DNA from: Catajapyx aquilonaris | Lineage: Eukaryota | Reading direction: 5' to 3' | DNA: 46,365 bases | Assembly (NCBI GenBank): GCA_000934665.2 | Contig: JYFJ02003110.1 | Span: forward strand, 1-46,365 | Shown here: positions 11,276 through 23,600 of the stretch, piece after piece | How positions within the stretch are numbered: position 1 is the stretch's first letter | How the letters are laid out: every line of letters begins with the position of its first letter | Translations under genes and position numbers: made by a program | Notes under the pieces: model-generated | Database searches by the model: none | Told to the model about the DNA's origin: nothing | What the model saw: the letters and a program-made list of their open reading frames with translations, nothing else

Positions 11276-13798
11276 AATATTTATCTGTAAATATATCTGG
11301 TTTATCAGTTTTCATTAGAAGGGTAAGATATATAGCCAGGCAAGGGATTTTCCTCTAGGGCACGGAGATACGTACTGTATATGTGCGGACTTTCCTGATG
11401 TGTAATAGTTGCACCAGTTTAGTACGATTATGGTACAATTAATGATTATGAATGTAGCAATTGGTGATGTAGGCGTATCAGGCTGTTTGTCAATACACCT
11501 ACGTCAATACCATGAAGGTATGTACCAAGAAGTTTGTTACATGTTTATAATTTTTCATTATTGAGCCCATAAACTGCAAATGTTGAATGGAAAACTAAAT
11601 CATACTGACATATTGGTTGCACATAATTTTACTGCAATATTACTATATTTTTTTTGCCAGTTTTGGTATCAATTCTAATGAGATTCGTCTGATTATCGAG
11701 TAAAAGTAATTGAACGTTGGCGAGCAATGAGTAGTCTGTCGAGCTTTGAAGCGTAGTCATCTTTAACTTATTGATACTTTCAGTCTCATATCTTAGCCTA
11801 GACAATTTCGTAATTCCTGACCTAATCCTTGTCCTGGGATTCACCTTTGATTATTTGCATTAGTGTCTTATCAATGATTTTACTCTCACTGAACTAATAC
11901 ACGACTATTTTGGACTTGTGCGAAGAATAATCAAATGTGCACATGAAGTTCAAAGGCAGATATAAAAAAATATATAATATATATGCTATGTTCATGATAA
12001 ACAGGAAGAATAGGGCATTGAACCTCTAGAGTAATTTTGATAAACGCACCCGAATGTCGAATGAGGAAGACATGACAAAAATATTGGGCATTTAGTAATG
12101 ATGATATAAGTTGAGACGTATTTCTGCCAGATGATTACAGTATTGGATTCACAAATTATCAGCTTTCAGACGCACGTCAGTTTCTTACTGCTTCGATGGA
12201 CTGCGCAGTAGACTTCAAATCTGGCGTTATCGCTAGATCTCTTGGTCACCAGCCCATGAAACTTTTGTCGCCTCGCTGACTGCTTACTAAATTACATTGT
12301 ATGAGACCACAATTTATTAAAATTTTGAGTAACACTTTCATGAAGGTAATAAGGTGACACAAGGCCCATGGAGAGACGCATATTTAACAAAGGTGGTGAC
12401 TGGTGACCCTGGAGGTGTTAAGAGATTCTTCCTGGGCTTATCAAAGTGGCTCAGGCTCCACATGGTGCAGGAGGAAGCTGAGCCTGGGAAAGGTGAGATC
12501 ATGTGGCACCCAGACCTTATTGGGGCTGAGAGCATGAGACACAAGTAAAGTAACGTAAATGCTTCAAATTTTCCAGATTTGGTGTCCTTTTGCGTCAATC
12601 TTATGTAAACATAGTTTTTTTATCTGGGTGATCCATAACTGGGGCCGAAAAACGGTGATGTGCTATAGTTATGGCACCCTCATGTCGACCATTCCACATC
12701 CTTCGGGGCACAGACAGGCGACACCCGAGACCGTCCGATGAAACTGGAAAGCTAAAAAAAACAAGGGCAATTTGGCAACGTGGCTACATTGCTACATTTT
12801 ATATTATAGCCTACTTTTCAATGTTGACTATGCAATCAATCATTGAACAATGCCTAAAATGATCGCTAATTCAAAATAAACACGCACTTCCTGTTATATA
12901 CTTTTTTTAAAATGGCAACAGTTCATTTTTGTAGTTTTCTTTCGCGTATGCCTGGAACTTTTGGGCCCCACGGGAGCATGGGTCCAAACCTTGGTCCAAA
13001 CACAACGACTAATCTCCATTTTGGTAGGCGTGAAAATTATGAAACCGGATTTGATCCCTGAAATTAGTTTTTTTTTTGTCATTTGGCGCCCTATCCCCTA
13101 AAAGACCGTCACGTCACACAATTCCAGGGTTATCAGGTGTATGGGTAAAACCGCTGCTATGCGACCTTTACCTGGCCTCTCCCACCCACCCACCCACCCA
13201 CCCACCCGAAACTCCAACGGTTTTCCCCCCTTTCCCCCTTTCCCGTCCTCCATTTTGGAGTTTGGACGTTCGGATGATCTGGATTGAGCTGGGTTGCCTT
13301 CAGTGCCAGGAATAGCACACCCTTGGTGTCCCGTCCGTCATCCTGGTCCACCCAGGACATCAACACCGTCGGTGAAAGGTAAAAACCACTTGATGGGGGA
13401 TGCAGTGTATGACAGGGAAGAACATCGGTTCAAGGACACGTTTCAGGGAAAAATCATCACTCCGACGGGTATGGCCAAGGGTCAAGGGTTGGGGGGGGTC
13501 CATCCATCGTTCCATCATTGATCAGTGGGGAAATTGATTCGGTTCATTGCCTTTTTTTGACGAAGAAGTCAAGAGTGGAAATGGTTTGATTGATTGTCGG
13601 CCCTAGATGGATAACATAATTATATGTGCAAGCGACAGAAGCTTGATGAATCTTCATCATTAGTGCCACAATAAGCATCCGTCACATGGGCCATATAATT
13701 CTTTCAACTGGATTCAACTGGATGATGACAATGCCGGCACATTGTCAACAATTATTTATTGTCAACATTTGAAACCGTGTTTGAAACAAACCGCATGG

Positions 13799-13847
13799 TG
13801 ACGTCAGTGCAATTTCTAGGCTTCTAGAACCTTCTAGAATGACCAAT
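13799..13847. promoter_or_regulatory. CRE plus four-unit heat-shock element plus CCAAT cluster
   Basis: TGACGTCA at 13799-13806; cTTCtaGAAccTTCtaGAAt at 13821-13840; CCAAT at 13843-13847. Confidence 0.4.
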
Positions 13848-14374
13848 TCTAGGTAATACCGAAAGCAGCTGCACGAATAATTTGGATGTTCTAGGGTGAC
13901 CACCAATCAGAGCTTGCCAACCTCCCATCCACAGCCAATCACAACTCTTTTCGTCATCCCCCTTCTCCCCTTCTCCCCCTTCCCTCCATCCCGCCCCCCC
14001 CCCTTCCCTCCTTCCTCCCCCTTTCCAAAGACCTGAAAACTGGCTCCTTGCCCCTTTTCATCCCGCCATTTTGCCAACCAGAGAAGAATAGTGTGGCTGC
14101 CTAACCCACTGCGTCCCACCCACCATTCTTCCCTCTCTCACTGCAGAGTCTGTCCCACCTCGAGAGGGACACCGCCCCGGGGACACCCTCCCGGCCCCCT
14201 AGACCCCCCAGCCGACCTCGCCGTGTCTGGAGAGGACTGCCAGGTAATTAGTGGGAAGGGAGTAGAGTGAAAAATATATGCTATTAATGGTGAGTCTTGG
14301 GCCTTGCCGCATTCTGATTATAGCCACCCTACCCCCAGAGCTTATTGTAAGGAGGTTTGAGAACCGCACAAAAC

Positions 14375-15984
14375 CAGGGTGACCGCCGGTCAGGGAAGGT
14401 TGGTTGGTTGGTTGGTTGGCAGGAAGGGTTACCCAGCTTGTATGGCTCTGTCTGAGTCGAGCCTTGGCAGCCGGGGATAGGAGAGGAAGGTGTGGGATCG
14501 CAAAGTAGGGGGTGGGTTAGAAGGGTGGGGGAGAGGAGGGCTCCGGCTGTACTGCAATGCTGGGTCCAACGCAGGGACGGGGGTGGGATATTCTCCCAAG
14601 CACCCCGTCCGACCAAGAAATGCGAGTCAGGTCCGAGGACCGCTCGAGGAAGAGAGTACCGTCGCTGGCGAACCAGCCGGGACCTCATACAACCTCATAT
14701 AAAACAGGGAACACAGGGTTATCGGAAATTAGCCTGTAGACAGGGAAAATACAAGGAAATTCGTGTCAATGACTCAAAATGAGCTAAAATTACACTTGGC
14801 AACAGAATTGAAATTTTGTTGCCTGACAAATTTGTTGACAAATTTTTTGTGTTGATCTGGAAGGATATTTTCATGTTGTTTCTTTATTAAGTTTAGTGTG
14901 GGAAATCAAATCCAACGGTGGTATTGATTTTTTTTTTTTGTATCAAGATTTTTCTAGTTTTCTTAAATTTTGTGAAATTTGCACAGAGGTTCGGAAAAAT
15001 ACAGCTGGTTTTCTTCCTTGACGTGAAGACATACCAAAATGGCACTAAATATGCACAACATTCCAATGAATCCATAGTACACTCTTGGCATCCTTCCAGA
15101 CACATATATTTATAGTGGGTGACTGAACATGGGAAAGAATGTTAATAGCCTCAGAAAAAGAGATTTTGTGTCTTTTTTGGTCATTTTCAAGGGAATGATT
15201 TTTTTCTCGGCAGTTATGGGCATCTGCTTGTCCATGCTGATGCATGCAAGGCAGCTGAGTTGTGTGAAGTCTGATAGAGCAAGTATGCAGTTTAAGCAGC
15301 TTATTGAGGACTTGCCACAAGAACTGTTGAATAAGTTCGATCGAGCTTCTCAGCGATTGGACAGTTCTATTTCATGTTGCTAAATCAGAAAGATTACCTT
15401 TCAGAACTTTGGGAGGCAATCAAAATCATTCTCTTGTTCTCCCACGGCAATGCCTTTGTTGAGTTTTTTTTTTTTTCTATTAACAAAGACATGCTAATAG
15501 AAAACCTGCATGAAGACAGTTTGGTGGCTCTCAGAAGGGNAAGTGCCAGATACAAAGGTGCACTTCAAAGTAGACGTGCAGAAGGAGAGGGAGACTGGCA
15601 GACTGCAGATGGCAGTTGTAGAAGGACAATAGAAAGAGGACAGACAGGTTAAATTGGAAGAAGTAGAGACGGGCATTGCCATATCGTGACCTGAAATGTT
15701 AATTTTGTTTTCCTTCTGTTCTCTTCTTATATTCAGTGATGGGGACATGCAAGTCAATCTAGGACTTAATCCAGTTATGTTTTATATTGTAATGTTTTCA
15801 TTCAGACATAATAAAGGGAAAATTCCTAAGTGATTTGTGGGCGTATTTCTGACGTGAATCACTCCCAATTTGCTTTAAAATGCATTTTCAAATGAAAATA
15901 GTTGGAAAAAAGAGGCAGGGAAAAAGTCAATGAAGACAGGGAAAACACAGGGAAATTGTATTTTATTCACTGGCGGTCACCTTG
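14375..15984 (+). mobile_element. Decayed hAT-superfamily DNA transposon with transposase C-terminal remnant
   Basis: TIRs CAGGGTGACCGCCGGT (14375) / ACTGGCGGTCACCTTG (15969-15984) and repeated subterminal CAGGGAA motifs. Frameshifted remnant at ~15245-15660 includes RLDS...ELWEAIKIILLFSHGNAFVE..FSINKDML, like the hAT dimerisation-domain SHGNAxVERGFS motif. No clear 8-bp TSD. Confidence 0.7.
14398..14700 (-). mobile_element. GC-rich retroposon 3' fragment with (AACC)n tail nested in the hAT element
   Basis: Interrupts the hAT subterminal region (cagggaa|...|aaaacagggaa). Ends on the minus strand in (CAAC)n, typical of LINE/SINE tails. Composition differs sharply from the flanks. Confidence 0.5.
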
Positions 15985-17607
15985 AAAAGGCATGTTCAAC
16001 TTGTAGGTGTATGGAAAAGGGGAAATAAGCCCACCGCAGGCGAAATTTTTGGAGGGGCTCAAGGTGTACACTGGCTCTCCGAAGTGACTACCCCCTTGGG
16101 TTACTCCCTCTAAACTTCTAAAGTTCATCTCGTATATTTTAATGGAAATGCTGAGCTGTCATTCTGCCTGGATTTGTGAATTGTGAATTAATGCAAAGTA
16201 GGCATATATGAAGCGTCAGGGAGACTTTGGTCAAACCTGAATCCATTGCAAATTTAAACAGCAGTGACTCCCACTCTTCGCTTTTCCTGTATTAATGCAA
16301 ATGTTGAATCTGCTAATTATTGAACTTGTTCAAAGCCTTTTTACCCTGGCTAGAATCCCTCAGGTTCACTCACCAGGAAGGAAGACATGCTTTCTTTGTG
16401 GACATTAACCATGAAAGAGCATGGTTCAAGTAGCTCATGCAGTGATTAGCTGGTGTGAAGAGCTATTAGGGGTCAGCTTCTTGGAATGTGGACTCCAACT
16501 TTCGCTTTGTCTTGGTTACTGTTGGTTGTGTAGAATTTTGAGACAGCACATACTTACTGTAGTTCAAGTTACATTAATTGCACAAATTACTGGGGAATGC
16601 AAGTGGTAAATAATTATAATTTTTAATTTCCAGTCATAAAGATTGCATACATTACTGATTAGAGAAGGTTTCATTTTATTGCTGTAATTCAGCTTTGGAA
16701 CTAACAATGTAAAAACATCATTGGAAAGAAAATTGCATGTAGTTGTTGTATTGAGCCCTGTAAATAATTACACTAATTATGAAAGCAGTGTAAGACACAC
16801 ATGCATCAAACTTGCAAACAGCAGTAAATATTTGCTAAATACCTATAAATCAGTGCTACTGACTTGATTGGATACCAAAGTGGGAGGGGTAATTTTTGAC
16901 AACCTTCTTGCCTCCCACCTTAAGTGATTGGTTGTGATACCCATGCAACCTTGGAAGATAATGAATTTTGTGCAATGAAATTAGATTGCCTTCTGCACAC
17001 ATCTTTCCTTGCTTTTTTATACATTGAGCGTGGTAAATGACATTGCCTAACCCAGGATGCCACATGATCTGATGCTGTGGTTGAAGTGTTCAGCATGACA
17101 AGACATTGTTTGACATCCTACACTTTAGGCAGGAGTAGTCGAGGGCGTCAATTGGCTGAAAATGTGTTTGCACTGGAGCTGCAGCCCCTGCCTTGAAGTG
17201 ACACCTTCACACAATTTGGTGTGCTTTTCCACAGCCATGTGGACATCATCATATGTGTCCAGTGCAGGAGCAATCTTATTCCTGGCGGAAATAATGCAAC
17301 TGGAAGCATTGTCTGAACTGCTCTGCTGTCCACCCTGCAGCCCCACTTGTCCAGAATTAATCTAATTAAGATGGTTCAGGCCAAGAGTCATTAAGAATTA
17401 TTATCTGCCTCACCTATACCCCCAAATGGTGGTGTTCAGTGCTGACAGTTGTTCCGTATTGAGCTGTGTCCTAGGTTGTTCGATTGCAAAATATTTACAA
17501 CTTACTTTCTAACTCTAATTCCCTGCTGCCGTTCCCTAGGCACCTGTGATTGAGAACAACAATCAGTGATATTGCAACTCAGCCCACCAGATTAAAAGAG
17601 ACGAAAA

Positions 17608-20600
17608 ATGTTCCTGCGAGCGTTTCGGAGAGTTAAGTCCACAATTTGGACACCTGTGTGGGAGCAGCAAGCTCCAACTAGGGCTGCAGAAACAACACAG
17701 GAGCCTTCTGACGATGGTGGACCAGAAGAAGAAACCGCCACTGGAATTGTGACTTCGATTGATGGTGAACCAGAAGAAGAAACAGTCACTGGAATTGTGA
17801 CTTTGATTGATGGTGCCTATGGAATGATAAACAGCAAGATGCATTTTTATTACCCTGTCCCAGGAATGACAGTGAAGATGGGAGATGAGGTTAGATTTGT
17901 CAGGACCCGATCATCTCCTACTGAAATGTGGCAAGTGAAGGAGATTATTGAAGTGGTGGGGCACACTTGGGTGGAGAAGGAAGAGGATGAAGAGGAGGAG
18001 GTGGTTGAAGAGGGTCGAAGAGAGCTGCAGGGAAAGGTTGAGGCAGCTGGAGACAAGTATGCCAGAATCATCCTCGGAGAATTCAGGGGTTCCCTGGATC
18101 TCACTGAATTTGGACTGCCCAGGGTTGCACCAGGTGAGTCAGCTGGGTCTTTATTATTTTACTATTGGGCATCGGACCAAGGGACACCCAAGTTTTGGAT
18201 GTTGCAATCATAATTTGAGGTGCAATGAAATGCTCAAGTTTAGTAATCACAATGCTGCCAGCAGCCTTACTGTGTCTTCTCCAGGTGTTAGTGTAAACAA
18301 ACTCATCTCATTCTTGAGGTTTTAGAACATAATGCCCACCTCCTTGGAAATCAAATCCTGATTGGTCGACCGGTAGGGGGCGGGGTTAATTATTTGGTTG
18401 CCAATGTCACGAGCCACCTCCCCAAACGCATGAGTTATCTTGTCCCTAGTGTAATTCAGAGTGATTCTAACTAGTATGATGTCCAGACAGCTCCACACCA
18501 ATTGGTCCCTCTACATTTCTCCCCAACTACATTTTTTTTTCTTCACTTGTCTTGGGCCAATTAGTAAGCTGCTGGCTGAACAGCGCCATGAGTAAGAATA
18601 AACACCTTGCATTTAAATAACCATTATAAATGTTTATTCAAAAGTAACTTTAAAATAATCAGCTTAGTTCCGAAAAACCTGTAATTAAAATGGATGTTTC
18701 AATTAGAATATCTTGGGGAGGCATGGTGGTCTGGTGGTCTGGTGGGGTGTAGGCCATTTAACTGATAATAATCTATTAGTACACATAATGAGATCTGAAT
18801 ATTTTAATTGAATCCAAAATAAAGGGATTCCATATTTAAAAGGGGACGATGAACCAGTTCTGGCCACCCCTGGTTAATTTCTAGCCATGCCACCTGCTTT
18901 TTTTCTTCTTCTTCAAAACCTATTAGTTGATTCCCAAACTGACATAATTAAAGCCGTAATCACCTGTTGTGATTTGTCATATGAATTTGTTGAGGATGAT
19001 GTTACTGCCACTGCTTTCAGGCATTACTTTGTTCTTTGAATTGGACTTCGAACAATTCAGAGTTTGAACGACCTCCTGGAATGAATTAAGTTCAAAGTAC
19101 TGTACAAGCCACCGCTGTATAGCTTATAGCATACGTGATTAAGGCTTTAAAGCTTCTGTGATATTATTGTTGACTGTGCATGGTAGCAAATATTGGACAG
19201 ATTGAAATTACTTGATACTGTGCAGAAAACGAAACGATGATCTGACGTCCTCGTCACGCAACAATATGAGTAAACAGTGTCAACAAAAAGAACATTGTTT
19301 ACTCCTATTGTTGCAGGAGAACAAAATGACGACGTCAGAGCGTCGTTTCGTTTTCCTCACTGTAGTTTCATGGTTTCATGTCATAGAAAATACCTAAAAC
19401 TTGGACCTCACAGTTGCAGAACTCAAAGACATGGTGTGAAGGTAAACCACAAAATGATTGGATATAGGTTGAGTACCATAATAAGGTTTCTTCTTGGTGC
19501 AGGTGACTGGCTGCTGCTGGACTTAACCTGCAACTTTGTCCCAGGGACATCACAGATCAAGAATATTCTGCAAGTGCATGGTGCACACGCAAGCCAGGTC
19601 AAAAAATGCAAAGGAAGGGTGACTTCTGTCAACAAAGACTTTGGCCTTGTCGACAACAAGTTTGTCTTTCATCAAGCAGTGTGTAAGGCGTACATCCCCA
19701 GAATTCGGGATATGGTGGAAGTGGTTGCCATTGAGAGTACCCAGGGCAACCACGCATGGCGAGTCATCAATATTAAGCAGGTTGAGAATATTGTTGACCC
19801 TTCGCCAGGATTGAAATCAGAACCCGAAAAATGTGTTCCAACAATTGAAGGTGTTGAGGCTAGCAATGAAGCATCAGCAACAGCAGGGGATGCTCAGAGT
19901 TCAGAGGAGAAGAAAGATCAAGTCCCACCAACAGCTGATCAGGTCATTTTGGCAGACAGTGATGAAAACAGAGGAATCCAGATCCTGCCATACCTAGTGA
20001 ACTTTGAGACCATACAGGTTGGGCGGGCTGGAGCCAGGGAGATTGAAATAACAAACACAATTGACAGTCATGTTGTGCTCTATAACATCACATTTCTCTC
20101 TGGAAAGGATTTTAAGGTGTATGATACTGACTTAGTCTCCCACTTGATGGTACCTGCTCATCGAGCAGTTACTGTCAAATTGATTTGCGACCCTTCAAAC
20201 TTCGGAACTCCTTGCGATATTGCCGTATTTACATTTTCCAATTTCACCATGTTACGCCGAGTCACAGCTACTGCAGTGGCCAGTTCGGCTGTGACTGCCC
20301 TGCGCTGCGCAGCCAACAAGATGAACAAAGTTCGCGATTCAAAGATTGTCAAGGGTGAATTCTCAGTCCAGACGAGCTACCTAATTCCGAGGCGCCTCCC
20401 ACAGTATCCAGTCCCTGAGATGCTGTATGATATTTACGTGACTTACGATTGGAGAGATGACAGACGCTTTATGGAAATGTTCCCAGCCCTTGGCAAGCGC
20501 CTGACTCCAGCGACATATGTTGACAAACTGGATGGCCTTCTTTACCTGGAGGAGGCAGAGAATATGTTGCACCTGAGGGAGTATGACGTGATAGGAGCAA

Positions 20601-23600
20601 CTTTTAGGCGCAAAGGAGAGTTCCTTGCTATGGCTGTGACAGGATTGTCTGAAGCAAGGCCCTCCATCATGGTTGGAGACTGTGTAATTGCATCACCACC
20701 ATATGATAAAGCAGGTAAGGTGGTGGTAACACTTCATTTACTAGTACAGTTTCTGCCTACAGTTTTAGACTCTGCAATTGGAGTTTGTGCCCTTTCTCAG
20801 ATCATGCAGAAATATTGAAAAAGCTTATGTAATCTTGACTGCAAAATATCGTATGCACCATATTATTGAGCTAATTGATGAAATTGACCAAATTAGAAAT
20901 AGCTGTGAAGCTTTAAAATAATGGGGAATATTGAAGTCATGGAGTTGGCTTGGTGTTCATTTCTGTCCATTATCAGTTTTATCCCGTTTCATATTTTGTT
21001 TTTTGGCATTGTGCATCATTTTGTGTAATTTCATACACCTTGTATTTCTGCACCCACCTTGTGTTTAACCAAATAGGTTTTATTTATTTATTTATTTCAA
21101 TTATAGCTGACCGATTCCAAGGCTGCATACATGAAGTTCACAGCACAGAGATATACCTGCGGTTTGCTCCCTCTTTCCACAACCAGTATGATGCAGAAAC
21201 GTATGACGTTTCCTTCGAGGTGAGCAGGAGCGGGTATCGCCGACTTCACCAGGGCATCGAACTCTTTTTACAAAACCTGCCCGTGGAGATTCTTTTCCCA
21301 ACTCAAGTTATGGTCCGCCAGCCAAGGGTCTCATTCAATGAGGTAGGGAACGAAGCACCTTGTCCTCCCACCCAGTTGCCAAAGGATGGTGCAGGGAAAT
21401 TGACCATCCGTCCTGCTGAGGGCATGGAAGTCTGCAAGACTACAAAGAAGATGGTGTCCGAGGCAAATGCACCTCGGAAACCTACTCAGTATGGGGCTGT
21501 GGACGTCAGGTATAAAGATTCCACGACAACTGATGGAGCTTCTTCAGGGTTAGTAGAATGGGCATTTGGAATATCATACAGAGTTGAGACACCCTGTATA
21601 CATGGGAGTAACTTCATTTTGCAAGATATTGTGTAATGAACCCCCATCACCTCATCTTCAGTGCCCTCTGACCTACTTACGTACTCTTTCTGATAATAAT
21701 CGGTATCTAGGACCAAACAAAAGCTCTCTAAAGGCTGTCACAAATTCAACAGTTAGGAAGCAGTCTGGAAGTGGACAGCGGCAGGGCACAGCTGGAATCA
21801 TAGGTCCATAACAACATTGTCTGCAATGAAGCACATTGCAACAAACAGTTGTGACCCCTTGGCCATGCACAAGTTTCTCTCTAAAAAATTTTTGGCCAAC
21901 TTTGTTACTGCAGAATAAGTGAAGCAGCCTTTATGGACATTTCCACATTGATTTTGAGTGCAGTTGGCTAACCCTGTTGGAACACACTGCAGGTGGCAGC
22001 CTATTATTGTGCAACCATTTGTAAAGTCCATTACTGTATGCAATTGGTACTGTGGTAGAATGTGACCATAGTTGGATCTCTTTGCATTGATATAGATAAT
22101 ATATTGTACTTTATTTTGTCAACAACAAGAAGAAATTATATTATTGCTTCAACTAGACGGTTTTTTAAGTGATGGGAAAAATGTTTTAAAATCCTGATTC
22201 TCATATTTCAGGGACAACTCAAGTTTGCAGTCACGGAAGTCACAATCTGTGACTGCCCCAGACATTGGTCCATCCCTGGCTCGTCGAAAGCCAAACCTGC
22301 ACATCCGGGACTATTCCGACCTAATGCGTGCTCTTAAATCAAACTGGCGAGTAGGATTGACCCATCCTGTGCCTCTTCGTTGGGTGAACAGAAACCTGAA
22401 TGAGCAACAGAAGAATGCAGTTAGACGGATCCTAAAGGGAGAGGCCAGGCCTCTACCATATATCATATATGGACCTCCTGGGACTGGGAAAACTGTGACA
22501 CTCATCGAGGCTGCACTTCAGGCTTATCGACTCATAAATTTCAGCAGGTAACTTTTTATTATGTTAATCCTCCAAAAATTGGAGTTTTATTTAGGGAAAT
22601 GAGGCATACCACATTAACACAGCTGGTTAGGTTGTAGACCACCACTGTGAAGCCGATATTGCTGTAAAGTGAATCAAAGGCTTTTTCCACTTGACAGTCC
22701 ATCTCTAAGCCGTAAAACTTGTGTGCACAGCTGGACAAAATAGCAGTCCTTGATTTTTCCAGTGTGGAGGCAAAAGGAGCTATCTCCACCTGCACCTTCC
22801 AATGCCGATAATTTTCAAGAGACTGCTATTTTGTACAGCAGTGTACACTATCATATGTGTGCAGTAGCTATAGTCTGATACAATAGCATCATAGTAAAAA
22901 TATTTAAATCACGTGGGATGCGCAACTTGGAACTTAAACTTTTCCTACACTGGTCTTTTTTAATATGTATAGTACGTATAAACCAGTCGTAATATAGCCA
23001 ATGGTAATAATTATTGTTCATTTATTTTTGAAATACAACTTGATAAATGGGGGGTGTGGGGGAAAAACATGATAACTGACATTTTTGTCATTTTTTATCT
23101 AAACACCTAGCAACTATGTATAAGACGTGACGTTCCCTCCCCAAAAATCCCTATCCCTACCCTACATCCTTGACTCCTTGCACCGGTGTATGAAGTTAAA
23201 AGGAAAATTGGAGAGTAATGGTGGTATTCCACCCCCATAAAAAGGCTAAGTCTTATCATGGGGTAACGTAAAAAAAAAAATGTATAAGACGTGAAAAACA
23301 GTTTGGTATACTCCAAGTTCATGTACGAGGGAGGGTCAAAAAGTTATCTACCTCGGTATGAAAGAAATGACACAGCAACATGAAATTTAAATGGCATATA
23401 TTTCCAACCCTGCCTACTCATTTGTGCAAGTTTCAACTTGATCGGTTCAGAAGTCATTGACCTGTCCTGCTGTGAACGTGTGAAAGTGTGAGCAGGCATG
23501 GATCTGCAAAAACTTGAGCACCGTTCCGTCATGAAGTTTCTCACGCTGGAGGGTATGAAACCTAGTGATGTCCATGAACGCTCTACGGCGACGATGCTCC

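Noticed and set aside
12338..13560. GC-richer short ORFs between the proteinase and armi
   Set aside because: No motifs or consistent splice structure; probably unclassified repeat debris.
19277..19502. N-terminal part of the 513-aa ORF
   Set aside because: Intronic read-through that overlaps a hairpin MITE; the real exon starts at the acceptor at 19503.
21711..21803. Possible 93-nt cassette exon in armi intron 3
   Set aside because: Open only in phase 1, while the flanking exons join in phase 2, where it contains a stop.
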